Source of the DNA: a virus | Taxonomy: Duplodnaviria; Caudoviricetes | DNA length: 55,567 bases | Direction: 5' to 3' (one strand) | Virus record (IMG/VR): IMGVR_UViG_3300008259_000060 | Span: 1-55,567 of that record | In this document: one piece after another, positions 38,633-47,973 of the stretch | Layout: each line of letters begins with the position of its first letter | Position numbering within the stretch: position 1 is the first letter of the stretch | Program-made: the position numbers and the translations under genes | The notes under the pieces: model-generated | Told to the model about the DNA's origin: nothing | Seen by the model: the letters and a program-made list of their open reading frames with translations, nothing else | Database searches by the model: none

Positions 38633-39277
38633 TTACACGCCGCCCTTGCGCTTGGGCATAGGCTTCACGTTGTCCAACAGCTTCAAGTGCCCCGACAGTT
38701 CACGTCTCAGTTGCTCTGCGCTGGGTTTCTCTGCTGTCTCTTCCTTCGCTATCTGGAACATTCCTGCCGCCCTGCCCATCAGTTCGAGGGCTTTCAACCG
38801 ACTGCCCTCTTGCTTGGCCCCTTTAGTCAGTGCCAACAACTCTTTGAGCACGTACCGTTTGGTCGCCGCTGTGTCCTCTGCCAGCACTTCGACTGTCTCA
38901 CCCCACGCCTCTTGCAAGGCGCTTTGTATGCGTGGATCACGGCTCAGTCTGTAGGCCGCACTGGTGATCACCTGATCCGATCCCTTGGCGTTTGGGTATG
39001 CGTCTCGGTAGGCTTGGCGCATGGTTTTCCCAGAGATAAGCCCCTTCGTGAATTCCATCGCTGATGCCGTCAAGGGTTGCACCCTCTTGTATTCCTCTGT
39101 GCCTTTTGGCTTTCCATCCACTCTCATCTGCGGTGGTTCTGCGTGAGCGGCTAACCGTTCCGCTTCGCTCAAGACCGGGCCTTCATCCTCACCCTCGTCC
39201 TCATTCAGGTGCGCCGCTTCCAATGCCGCCAGCAGTTCGTCTTTCGTGGCCCTCCCGGGCCTTTGTGTATCGCTCAT
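38633..39277 (-). CDS. terS: Terminase small subunit
   Basis: QAYRDAY...AAYRL..DPRI and RLKALELMGR..GMF motifs; upstream of terL. Confidence 0.7.
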   Translation of the reverse strand: MSDTQRPGRATKDELLAALEAAHLNEDEGEDEGPVLSEAERLAAHAEPPQMRVDGKPKGTEEYKRVQPLTASAMEFTKGLISGKTMRQAYRDAYPNAKGSDQVITSAAYRLSRDPRIQSALQEAWGETVEVLAEDTAATKRYVLKELLALTKGAKQEGSRLKALELMGRAAGMFQIAKEETAEKPSAEQLRRELSGHLKLLDNVKPMPKRKGGV

Positions 39278-39437
39278 TGTTTCGCTCCTGTGGTTTCGAC
39301 CAGTCTGTTTAAACGTCCAGCACCGTTCGCACGCCGGAGTCTACCAGAGCCCCGATCGTATGTCCAAGCCACCTACCCCTTCACCCACCCTCGATCGCCC
39401 GTTTAAAGCACTTGTGCGATGAAAAGGTACTACAAAG

Positions 39438-39510
39438 TTGTCCACACCAATCCACAACGACCTGTTGATAAGTTGAGTTATCCACAACGTCCTGTGGATA
39501 CTGTGGATAA
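39438..39510. promoter_or_regulatory. Cluster of six DnaA-box-like 9-mers
   Basis: TTATCCACA (39478) and TGTGGATAA (39502) are perfect. TTGTCCACA, CAATCCACA, TGTTGATAA and TGTGGATAC have 1-2 mismatches. Confidence 0.7.
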
Positions 39511-39730
39511 GTTTCTTAATACTTTTTCATCGCACAACGGCCTTGTCGGCCCTGTATTGATCACACCTATACCAACCCCGCTTGAACCCCTTTCAGGGCC
39601 TTGTAGGCCCCTTCATTTGCAGTGTTGGCACCTACATATAAGAGCACCTGATCCCTGCGTCTCACCCCTTACGTCAGCACCCGATGGCTGGCCCTCAACC
39701 CAATAACCCTACAGTTTGCTCAGGTATCTA

Positions 39731-39760
39731 TTGACCCCCTGTTTAAACTAGTGATATGAT
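39731..39760 (+). promoter_or_regulatory. Early sigma70-like promoter TTGACC-18-TATGAT with GTTTAAAC in the spacer
   Basis: Direct reading; precedes the plus-strand early gene cluster. Confidence 0.65.
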
Positions 39761-39964
39761 TCAGCCATGCACTAGCAATAGTGCTTCACCGAACAGCCCG
39801 GTATACGGTTGGTCTGAGGCGAAACCCGGAGGAAGTCCGGGAGCAAGTCAGGCAAGGTTCAAGCCTTGCACCGCTGTTTGGCGGTAGAGCAAACAACAAA
39901 GTCAACCGATGCCCATTCATTGAGTGGGCATCACTGGATTTTGTTCAACAACCGGAGAGACGAC

Positions 39965-40252
39965 ATGACTGAAAACCAAACCGCCGCACAGAAACTCGCA
40001 ACCATCTGGGTCAAGACCGCACTGGCCCAAGCCAATGACGAGTTCGTCCACAACCCCAACAGCGCCAACTGGAACCGGGTGCAACGTGCCATGCTGACCT
40101 TCCAGCAGTTTGAGTACACCACCCGCACCAAGCGTGACGTGGTGGAACTGCTCCAGCAATTGGAGCAAGCCCCCATCACCGACTGGCAGGACTTGATCTG
40201 CCTCCACGCTCTCGACCTGTCCTGCGCCGATGCCCTTAACACCTACGCCTGA
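39965..40252 (+). CDS. Early hypothetical protein
   Basis: GGAG RBS and ATG 39965. Confidence 0.6.
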   Translation: MTENQTAAQKLATIWVKTALAQANDEFVHNPNSANWNRVQRAMLTFQQFEYTTRTKRDVVELLQQLEQAPITDWQDLICLHALDLSCADALNTYA

Positions 40253-40265
40253 ACGGAGACCAGCC

Positions 40266-40457
40266 ATGTACCAGCAAATGATGGACACCTTCCGCAACAA
40301 GATGCGGGAATATGACGCCGCCCAGTGCAAGCGAGCAATGGACGATGTCTACGAGACCCTCTCCCTGCACAAAGACCCGACACCGTACCAGCAAAAACTG
40401 CTGTGCGAGTTGGATGCCATCCGTGATCGTCAACGTCAACTTGGAGCCCGACCATGA
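40266..40457 (+). CDS. Early hypothetical protein
   Basis: GGAG RBS and ATG 40266. Confidence 0.55.
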   Translation: MYQQMMDTFRNKMREYDAAQCKRAMDDVYETLSLHKDPTPYQQKLLCELDAIRDRQRQLGARP

Positions 40458-40597
40458 GAAAACAATTCATCGAGTGCAAAACCTACCGAACCGCCTACAA
40501 ACGTGCCCCGTGGGCCTGTGCTGTTGCACGGGCAACTGGCGGGTTTTGGGCATTTGAATCTGCTGATGACTACACCAACTGGAAAAAACAATCATGA
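40454..40597 (+). CDS. Early hypothetical protein (47 aa)
   Basis: ATGA overlap; APWA...GGFWAFES..DY..WK motif. Confidence 0.55.
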   Translation: MRKQFIECKTYRTAYKRAPWACAVARATGGFWAFESADDYTNWKKQS

Positions 40598-40701
40598 CCA
40601 AAAAACAAATCATCAAAGAGGCGGCACTGACCGCCGCCCTGTTCGCCCTCATCGGCTCGGCAATCACCGTCAAGCTTGCCCTGTTCGGGTTCTTTGGGTG
40701 A
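40594..40701 (+). CDS. Tiny single-TM early protein (35 aa)
   Basis: ATGA overlap; hydrophobic helix. Confidence 0.4.
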   Translation: MTKKQIIKEAALTAALFALIGSAITVKLALFGFFG

Positions 40702-40706
40702 CCGCC

Positions 40707-40892
40707 ATGACCATCTCAACAATTGACGCCGTGATGATCGCCGAGGGTGTGACCGAGGTTGAAGACCAAGACACCTACATCGAGGCGTGGCAACTACTGA
40801 TCGACACGGGCCTTGCGTGGCAACTGCAAGGCTTCTTTGGTCGCACCGCCCAGCACCTCATTGAAAGTGGCATCTGCCACCCCAAAGGATGA
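40707..40892 (+). CDS. Early hypothetical protein
   Basis: AWQ.LIDTG.AW.LQG.FGR.A..LIE.G motif common in phage early genes. Confidence 0.6.
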   Translation: MTISTIDAVMIAEGVTEVEDQDTYIEAWQLLIDTGLAWQLQGFFGRTAQHLIESGICHPKG

Positions 40893-40951
40893 TTTCAGCC
40901 ACTAGCCCAGCTTGCTGGGCCTGTGAGTGCAATCCCAAACGGAGAGAAACC

Positions 40952-41164
40952 ATGTACGACATCACACAAAAAGGCGTTAACGAAATCTTGGCTTGGGTCG
41001 ATGCCCACCACAACTGGCCCGGGGTGGGTGAGTTTTGGGTCTTGGATGCCCGAAACAAGCTGACCTCTGGCCGTCCGCCGATCCTGCAAATTCCCGCCGA
41101 GCAAAGCCGCTCAGGCTACCCCGCAAACATGATCGTCAGCCCTGACGAAATCTTCAAAATCTAA
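40952..41164 (+). CDS. Early hypothetical protein
   Basis: GGAG RBS. Confidence 0.5.
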   Translation: MYDITQKGVNEILAWVDAHHNWPGVGEFWVLDARNKLTSGRPPILQIPAEQSRSGYPANMIVSPDEIFKI

Positions 41165-41175
41165 AGGAGAGCACC

Positions 41176-41499
41176 ATGCCCACCATCACTTTGCGCCGCC
41201 GTGACGGCTCCGAAATCAAGACCGTCAAGTCCCACCTGCTGATCTGCCATGCCGGGGCAGTCACCCACACCCTGCACGTCCACAAAAACGACTCGGGTGA
41301 ATGGGTCGTGTCCGATCCCGGCTCGGGCGGCAAGCTCCTGCACCTTGAGGCCATGTACCGTGGTTGCCCCGTCAGCACCTACGGGTTCACCTATCCCGAG
41401 GTCAAACCTCTGGCCCAAGCTCAGGTCGATCTGCTGATTGAGCGGGTCGGATCGGATCGTTTCAACGACATCCTTGGCGCTCATGTGGTCAAGGCTTGA
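41176..41499 (+). CDS. Early hypothetical protein
   Basis: AAGGAG RBS; WVVSDP.SG motif. Confidence 0.6.
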   Translation: MPTITLRRRDGSEIKTVKSHLLICHAGAVTHTLHVHKNDSGEWVVSDPGSGGKLLHLEAMYRGCPVSTYGFTYPEVKPLAQAQVDLLIERVGSDRFNDILGAHVVKA

Positions 41500-41546
41500 C
41501 CGATTCAATTTAAACAGTACACTAGTGCTACTTTCAGGAGATCGAT

Positions 41547-42125
41547 ATGACAACCACCAACCGTGAAGACTGGCTGACCGCCGCCGTGAATGAACTGCGC
41601 CCCTTCTTTGATGCCATCAACAAACCCCTGCCGCAGAACGTTCGTGTGACGTGCGGGTTTCCATCGAACGCCAAGCGTTCGGGTGCTATCGGTGAATGCT
41701 GGGCCGACACCGCCTCCGCAGACAAGACCTTTGAGGTTTTGATCAGCCCCACCTTGGACAACCCCTTGCTGGTGTTCGAGGTGCTGGTGCATGAGTTGTG
41801 CCACTCGACTGCCGGGGCCATGAACCACGGCCTCAACTTCCAGAAGGTCGCCGCCCTGATGCACCTTGTGCCAAGTGCTGGCCCGAAAGGTTGGAAAGCC
41901 ACGGGCCGTTCCTCTACCTTTGAGCCGACCTTCGGCGAGATCATCTCGTCCCTCGGCGCATACCCTCATGCGGCCCTGACCATGAACACAAAGAAGGTGC
42001 AGACCACCCGGATGTTGAAGGCCGTGTGCCCATCCTGTGGGTACACAGTACGCCTCACCTCTAAGTGGGCCGCCCTTGGCCTACCGTCCTGCCCACAGGA
42101 CAGTGACACCCTCAACCTCGTTTAA
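41547..42125 (+). CDS. SprT-like zincin metalloprotease with C-terminal Zn ribbon
   Basis: VLVHELCH...NHG..F; CPSCGY...CP. Confidence 0.75.
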   Translation: MTTTNREDWLTAAVNELRPFFDAINKPLPQNVRVTCGFPSNAKRSGAIGECWADTASADKTFEVLISPTLDNPLLVFEVLVHELCHSTAGAMNHGLNFQKVAALMHLVPSAGPKGWKATGRSSTFEPTFGEIISSLGAYPHAALTMNTKKVQTTRMLKAVCPSCGYTVRLTSKWAALGLPSCPQDSDTLNLV

Positions 42126-42139
42126 ACAGGAGACCAGCC

Positions 42140-43624
42140 ATGATCGCCACGAATACCCTCACCCCAATCAAAAACGAAATCTTGAAGTTGCCCATCGCCC
42201 GTGTCATGGGCGCTTGGGATTTGCACGGTGACAGTCGCCCCCTGCTGGGGTCGGTGAGCAACCAGAAAAACACCGCCGCAGACCTGCTGGCTGAGGCCGT
42301 CCACCACGGCAAGCTGACGTTGGACGCCATCCGCAACGCCCCACCAGCCGCACCACCTGCCTCGGCAATCCCTCAGGCAGACCCCGCTGTTGCCGCCGTG
42401 GCGGGTCGTGCCGCCGCTGATGCTCTCGATGCCCTGCAAGCGGTTCAGGACATGAGGGACGGGTTCAAATCCGACCTGACCAACCTCAATACCCGCCTCG
42501 CCATCGAGCGTGAAGACCGCACCGCCGACCTCGACCAGATCAAGGCCAGCCTCGAGAAGATCAGCAAGGCCAGCAAGGTGAAGGTCGATGACCGTAAGGT
42601 AGAAGAGGCCGTGGCCCGTGTGGTCGCTGATGCGTTTGCACCGTTCAAGGCCGCAGTCGAGGCCGCTGGCGCTCAGGCCGTGGTCGCCGACCTGTCCTCT
42701 GTGCGTGTGGTCAGCACCGAGACCTGCCTCGATGCGTTCGGCGTGAACGTGTTGGATCGAGCCGGGAACCCCCTCACGGTGGACATCTGGAACGACCCGA
42801 CTGCCCCGGCTGTTGACCCTCACTTCATCTGGACGCACGACATCCTCCAGCACCTGCTGTTGACGCAAGAGACAGGCGAGAACGTGTGGTTCGGTGGCCC
42901 CAAGGGCACGGGCAAGTCAGAGACCGCCCGACAGTTTGCCGCAGTCACAGGCCGTGCGTTTAAACGCATCAACTTTCACAAGTACACCAGCGCCGAGGAC
43001 TACATCGGTGCGGTGGGTTTGGAGAATGGTCAGACCGTGTTCAAGCGTGGCGACTTCCTCGCCGCCTTCACTCACCCCAGCACCGTGATCCTGCTGGACG
43101 AGGTGACCAACGCCGACCCCGGCGAACTGGCCCCGCTCAACGGGTTCTTGGAGCCCAACAGCGCCGTGTCTTTTGGCGGGTCTGTCCAGAGCCGTGCCCC
43201 CGGTGTGCTGGTGTTCGCCGCCGACAACACCCTCGGGAATGGTGACGACTCGGGCCGCTACGCCGGGACACGTTCAATGAACAGCGCCTTGGTCGATCGC
43301 TTCGCCCGTGTGGTGGAGTTCGGCTACCTGCCCATCGAGTCGGAGGTCGAGGCCGTGGTGCGCCACACCAAGTGCCATCCTAAGCTTGCCGAGCATATCC
43401 TTGCCGCCGTGCGCTTGGCCCGTGAGAAGGTGCAGACGGGCGAGGTGATCGATGCCCCATCGATCCGCTCGGTGATCGGTTTTGTTCGTGCCCTGCGGGT
43501 GTTGCCCATCGACAAGGCATGGGCCACGACCATTGCCGCCCGTCAACCAGCCGAGTCGCTTCCCGGCTTGACCGCCATATACGTGTCCTGCATCAACGAG
43601 GACACCATCAACCAGTACCTGTGA
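42140..43624 (+). CDS. MoxR/CbbQ-type AAA+ ATPase (CobS-like)
   Basis: GPKGTGKS Walker A, ILLDE Walker B, AADNT.G.GD..GRYAGT..MN.A..DRF; N-terminal coiled coil. Confidence 0.88.
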   Translation: MIATNTLTPIKNEILKLPIARVMGAWDLHGDSRPLLGSVSNQKNTAADLLAEAVHHGKLTLDAIRNAPPAAPPASAIPQADPAVAAVAGRAAADALDALQAVQDMRDGFKSDLTNLNTRLAIEREDRTADLDQIKASLEKISKASKVKVDDRKVEEAVARVVADAFAPFKAAVEAAGAQAVVADLSSVRVVSTETCLDAFGVNVLDRAGNPLTVDIWNDPTAPAVDPHFIWTHDILQHLLLTQETGENVWFGGPKGTGKSETARQFAAVTGRAFKRINFHKYTSAEDYIGAVGLENGQTVFKRGDFLAAFTHPSTVILLDEVTNADPGELAPLNGFLEPNSAVSFGGSVQSRAPGVLVFAADNTLGNGDDSGRYAGTRSMNSALVDRFARVVEFGYLPIESEVEAVVRHTKCHPKLAEHILAAVRLAREKVQTGEVIDAPSIRSVIGFVRALRVLPIDKAWATTIAARQPAESLPGLTAIYVSCINEDTINQYL

Positions 43625-43631
43625 GGTTCAC

Positions 43632-45224
43632 ATGAACATCGAAACCATTCTCTCCCGCCCCAACCTGCGCGGGTATCAGTTCCGACAGGGCCTTGAGTCG
43701 TTCGCACACAAAGCCGCCCAGTCCCTTGGCCTTGAGAAAATCAAGGTTTACTGGCTGGCTGACGTGCAGACCGCTGGCATGAGCGGTAGCAACGACCTGT
43801 ACTTGTCCAACGTCACCGATGAGGCCATTATCAGCCGTGCGCTGGTCTTGAAGTACGCTGGGTACGTGGTGCATGAACTGCTCCACAGCAAGTACACCAA
43901 CTTCAACGTGCGTGGATCGAGCCAGTACATCCAGCAACTGCACAACGCCGTGGAGGACGGTTGGATCGAGAACACGGGCATCCAGTGGGGAATCTTGGGC
44001 AACATCGCCCCCCTGCTGGGTGAGTTGATCGACACCATGAACCGCCAAGCACTGGCAGAGGTGACCGACTGGGACGACCCAGCGCAGTACCCCTACCTGC
44101 TGGCTGTCCACTGCCGCAAACACGCCACCGTGAAGTTGCCCGTCAACCCCCGCCTGTTGCCCATCTTCGATGAGGCCGCTCGGCGGTGCTACAACGCCAC
44201 CTCCAGCGCCGACACCTTGCTGGTCGCTGAGTGGGTCTATGACCAGATCAAGCAAGAGTCGGACAAGCCCAAGGACAAGCCCAAGGACAAGCCCAAGGGC
44301 AAGAAGGCCGACCAGAACACACCCTCAGAGCCACAGGATGGGCCTACAAGCCCCTCAAATGACGAGGGTAAGGGTGAGGGTACTGCCGAGGGTGAAAAGC
44401 CTTCCCCCATCAAATCACCCGAGGGTGTTCAGGCCCGTGAGGTCGAACCCAAGCTTGAAGAGGGTGGCGCGATGGGCAATTACAGCGCCGACTATGACGT
44501 GCGGAGTGGCAAGGTCTGCACGGGTGGCAGGATCGAGGTCACCGATGTACCGATTCCCGCCAAGCTTCGCTACGAGGTCAAGCGCCTGTTCGAAAACTCG
44601 GGCATCACTGAGTTCAGCCGCAACCGCAAGTTCGGTTCTGTCAACGTCCACGCCCTCCCGGGTGTTGCCGCTGGAAACGATCGTGTGTTTAAACGCCGCC
44701 TCGATGTCGAGGGTATCGACTCTGCCGTGGTGATCCTGCTGGACATCAGCGGTTCGATGTTCGGCAATGACGACCCCAAAAAGCACCGTGTTGTGTCTGC
44801 GGTTCAGGCTTGCCGTGCGCTGATGGACACCCTGACTGCCGCCGGGGTCAAGGTTGCCGTGGTGGCTTTCGGCACTTACGTGTTCGAGTTGAAGACCTTC
44901 GATGGCAATCACCGCAAGACCAGCGCCCTGCTGGGCACGGTGAAGCCAGCGGGTGGAACGAACGACTACGCCGCCCTGCGCCATGCCCACCAGATGCTGA
45001 TCAAGCGCCAAGAGAACCGCAAGCTGGCCTTCGTGATCACTGACGGGCGAGGCAACGTTGATGGTGTGCGCCAACAGGTAGCCTCTGGCAACGCCTTCGG
45101 TGTGACGACCATCGGCATCGGCATCAACACCGACATCGCCGACATCTACGGCAACGCCGTCACCATCCGCAAGCCCGAGGACATCGGCGCTGTTTCATTC
45201 AAGCAGATCAAGCTTGCCGCTTAA
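43632..45224 (+). CDS. VWA-domain partner protein (CobT-like) with N-terminal HExxH
   Basis: VVHELLH..NAVED; acidic/Pro linker; MIDAS DISGS, GGT and ITDG. Confidence 0.85.
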   Translation: MNIETILSRPNLRGYQFRQGLESFAHKAAQSLGLEKIKVYWLADVQTAGMSGSNDLYLSNVTDEAIISRALVLKYAGYVVHELLHSKYTNFNVRGSSQYIQQLHNAVEDGWIENTGIQWGILGNIAPLLGELIDTMNRQALAEVTDWDDPAQYPYLLAVHCRKHATVKLPVNPRLLPIFDEAARRCYNATSSADTLLVAEWVYDQIKQESDKPKDKPKDKPKGKKADQNTPSEPQDGPTSPSNDEGKGEGTAEGEKPSPIKSPEGVQAREVEPKLEEGGAMGNYSADYDVRSGKVCTGGRIEVTDVPIPAKLRYEVKRLFENSGITEFSRNRKFGSVNVHALPGVAAGNDRVFKRRLDVEGIDSAVVILLDISGSMFGNDDPKKHRVVSAVQACRALMDTLTAAGVKVAVVAFGTYVFELKTFDGNHRKTSALLGTVKPAGGTNDYAALRHAHQMLIKRQENRKLAFVITDGRGNVDGVRQQVASGNAFGVTTIGIGINTDIADIYGNAVTIRKPEDIGAVSFKQIKLAA

Positions 45225-45231
45225 TCAACCC

Positions 45232-45250
45232 GCCCCTTCGGGGGCTTTTT
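45232..45250 (+). terminator. Rho-independent terminator after the VWA gene
   Basis: GCCCC-TTCG-GGGGC followed by TTTTT. Confidence 0.8.
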
Positions 45251-45262
45251 AGGAGAGAGAAC

Positions 45263-45472
45263 ATGAACCACTACGCAGTCGAACTGACCCGCACCGTGTA
45301 CATCACCATCAACGTTGATGCGCGAGACCCCACCGAGGCCGAGGAGTTGGCTTGGAGGGAGATCGAAAACGGCAACTACGCTGGTGATGCCCACTGGGAA
45401 ATCAGCGACATCTCGGAGGAGGTCGCCGATGACGACACCCGATCCAACGGCCCACATGGAGCAGGGTCATGA
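45263..45472 (+). CDS. Acidic hypothetical protein
   Basis: AGGAG RBS; V.A....EAEE.AW motif. Confidence 0.6.
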   Translation: MNHYAVELTRTVYITINVDARDPTEAEELAWREIENGNYAGDAHWEISDISEEVADDDTRSNGPHGAGS

Positions 45473-45548
45473 TCTACGCAAGACTGATCGTTTACGCATT
45501 CGCCATCACCATTCTTGGGCTTGACCTGTTTTTGTGGAGGCCAGACTG

Positions 45549-45770
45549 ATGACCGTAGAAGAGGATGCGTTTAAACACATGAATGAAGCCTACGACCAGA
45601 TCGTGATGGCTCTCGACTCAAACCATCTGGACAGGGAGGACGCCTTCGCCCTTCTCGCCCAGATGCTCTGCCAGTTGTCTCAGGATGACCGGGATCACTT
45701 CATCAACAAGATGAACTTTTTTTACAGCATGGAAAAAGCCATGCGCCCCGAACTCAAGGAGATGCACTAA
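45549..45770 (+). CDS. Hypothetical protein
   Basis: GGAGG RBS before ATG 45549. Confidence 0.5.
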   Translation: MTVEEDAFKHMNEAYDQIVMALDSNHLDREDAFALLAQMLCQLSQDDRDHFINKMNFFYSMEKAMRPELKEMH

Positions 45771-46003
45771 TGAAACACATAATCGATGCCCTGCGCCAAG
45801 AGAAGTTCAAAGTCACCATCTATGACAACGGCACTGACAAGGTGGACTTCGTCCTCGCTGTCGTGATCGATGAACCCATCGACATCTGGTGTGTCGCAAC
45901 CATCATTGGAAATGCTGGTGCCCTGCCTTTTGTGGAGGGCCGATACCTGTTTTTCCCCGGCCTACAGATCGACACCGAAACCTACGACTACATCTGTGCG
46001 TAA
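45770..46003 (+). CDS. Hypothetical protein
   Basis: AAGGAG RBS; TAATG overlap. Confidence 0.5.
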   Translation: MKHIIDALRQEKFKVTIYDNGTDKVDFVLAVVIDEPIDIWCVATIIGNAGALPFVEGRYLFFPGLQIDTETYDYICA

Positions 46004-46223
46004 GATCAAAACCCTGCGTGACCCGTGCCCACACTTCGCCCGACAAGCCATTGAGTTCGACCATTTGCTGGAGATTCATCCCGACAAGCAGAGGTTCAAA
46101 CGGGGCGAGAAGTTCATCAGGTACGAGCGCATGCGATGGTGCGTTTACACGCACTCTGACAGCCCGCAAATCTACGGGCGCTACAACACTGTAACCACTG
46201 CAGTGTTTCATGCATTGAAATGA
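45996..46223 (+). CDS. Hypothetical protein
   Basis: Probable GTG start overlapping the previous gene; ends at the terminator. Confidence 0.45.
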   Translation: MRKIKTLRDPCPHFARQAIEFDHLLEIHPDKQRFKRGEKFIRYERMRWCVYTHSDSPQIYGRYNTVTTAVFHALK

Positions 46224-46266
46224 AGAGGGGGGAGAGGCATCAAGCTTCTCCCCCCTTCTTTTTTTT
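46222..46266. terminator. Terminator between convergent transcription units
   Basis: GGGGGGAGA...TCTCCCCCC stem followed by a T run. Confidence 0.75.
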
Positions 46267-46278
46267 CGTCTGTACTTT

Positions 46279-47973
46279 TCAGAACATATCCAAGTTCTCG
46301 GAATACGTACCTGCGGTTTTGTTGAATATCAGGGTAGTCTCACCCTGCGTCCCTACCCAGCGGTAGCGGCACTTCCAGACCGCCAACTCCGTGTAATTGT
46401 CTTTGCGGTGGATCGTGATACCGCAGTCGGTCTTCGCCCACCATGCCATCGAGCCGCTGATCGACATACCGTCCGGCCTTGGTTGCTCCACACCCGAGCG
46501 TGTGATCTTGCTGGGATGGGCCACGAACCATGTGTGTACATCGTGGGCCATGCAGAACTTCTTCACCTTGGTGAGAATCTCGCTGATGGCGTTCGTCTCG
46601 GTCTTGTCCGATCCGGGCATCTCGATGTAGTTGTACGGGTCAATCACCAGACCACGCACACCCATGCGCTTCACCGCCGCCCGTGCCCGTGTCAGGATCG
46701 AATCCAACGTGCTGGGTTCTTCGCCATTGGTATCGATGAAGAGGAAGTGTTCGTTGACCCATTTAAACGCATCATCCGATACCTGTTTACTCATCCGATC
46801 CCGGCCTTCGTAGAAGGATTGGAATGTGTAGAGTTCCATCAGTCGGGTGATGTGGACTTCGGGCTGGTTCTCGAAAGAGCAGATCGCAAACTTCCAGTCG
46901 TTGTCCCGTGCGAGGTTGACCATCAACTGATCCACAAAGTTCGACTTACCAGACGATGGGTAGCCCGTGACCACCGTCATCTGCCCCGGTGCGATGGTGT
47001 AAAGGCTGTCAATGGATGGGTAGCCCGTGCTGAACCCCTTACCCGTGCCTTTGGTGTAGAGGTCGTTGATCTTGTCAGCGTAGGCCGTGGCTTCGGAAAT
47101 GCCATTGATGGGATACGGTTCTGCGTCTTCGATGATCTTGTTTAAACGTTCAACCGGGTTTAGCTCCGCCGTCGGGTCATCGTCGAGCCATGCGTCGTTT
47201 AAATCTTTCCATTCAAACTTGGCGAGTCGGCACTTCTCTTTGCCGATGCGTCTTGCGAGTTCTTCTGCCAGAGCCTGACCGGGGCCGTCCTGATCAGTCG
47301 CCAGCACAACGTAGGGTGCGGCATCGATGATCTCTCGGGCGTTCCACACAAACCCAAACTTCTTGTCTTCTGTCGGCAGTACCTTGCCGTCTGCAACCTT
47401 AACTGGTGCGCCGCCCGGGACGCTCACCACGTTCTTGATACCTGCCTCGATGGCGGTCAGGCAGTCCATCTCGCCTTCGACAATGATGAGGGGCTGGCCC
47501 TTCTCCACCTTGTCGATGCCAAAGAAATCATGTGCCCCACCTGCGTCTTGTGTGAAATCCTTCGCTTCGATGCTTCGGTACTTCGCCGAGACCAGCGCCC
47601 CGTTTCGGTAGTACGGGAAGCCAACCGCCTGTGTGGGTTTACTCAGCCGGGAGAAGAACTTCTCCGCCGAAAAGAGCCTCATTGAGTCTGCGGTGATCTC
47701 CGATATGCCCCTCGACTTGAGCCATTGGTAATGCTGGAAGGTAAGCCTGTTGCTGACGATTGACTGAGCAGGTACAACTGACAATTTGGTCTCCTTGGGT
47801 TGCACAGAACCCGATGCGTAACAGTGGTGGCAGTGATAGACAACTGCGCCGTCATCCTTGCGGGTCAGCGTCATGTCTTTGAGGTTTTGTTTTCTGCGGT
47901 CAGGTGTGCAGAATGGGCAGATGACCCGGGTCGAGTCGTGGAAATGTGTATCAGCTACAAGAGCCTCAATCAT
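46279..47973 (-). CDS. Primase-helicase (T7 gp4/Twinkle-like)
   Basis: N-terminal CPFC..CHHC zinc-binding domain, TOPRIM IVEGEMD and ATDQDGPG, SF4 helicase TGYPSSGKS and VIDPYN. Confidence 0.92.
   Translation of the reverse strand: MIEALVADTHFHDSTRVICPFCTPDRRKQNLKDMTLTRKDDGAVVYHCHHCYASGSVQPKETKLSVVPAQSIVSNRLTFQHYQWLKSRGISEITADSMRLFSAEKFFSRLSKPTQAVGFPYYRNGALVSAKYRSIEAKDFTQDAGGAHDFFGIDKVEKGQPLIIVEGEMDCLTAIEAGIKNVVSVPGGAPVKVADGKVLPTEDKKFGFVWNAREIIDAAPYVVLATDQDGPGQALAEELARRIGKEKCRLAKFEWKDLNDAWLDDDPTAELNPVERLNKIIEDAEPYPINGISEATAYADKINDLYTKGTGKGFSTGYPSIDSLYTIAPGQMTVVTGYPSSGKSNFVDQLMVNLARDNDWKFAICSFENQPEVHITRLMELYTFQSFYEGRDRMSKQVSDDAFKWVNEHFLFIDTNGEEPSTLDSILTRARAAVKRMGVRGLVIDPYNYIEMPGSDKTETNAISEILTKVKKFCMAHDVHTWFVAHPSKITRSGVEQPRPDGMSISGSMAWWAKTDCGITIHRKDNYTELAVWKCRYRWVGTQGETTLIFNKTAGTYSENLDMF

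Noticed and set aside
39813-39826. CTGAGGCGAAAC resembling a hammerhead ribozyme core
   Set aside because: It lacks CUGAnGA with a stem II before GAAA, so the canonical core cannot be built.
44261-44297. 12-bp tandem repeat (DKPK x3)
   Set aside because: Ordinary in-frame slippage in a low-complexity linker.
42140-45224. Cobalamin-biosynthesis auxiliary genes cobS/cobT
   Set aside because: No cobN or other cob genes; only the generic MoxR-VWA architecture is supported.
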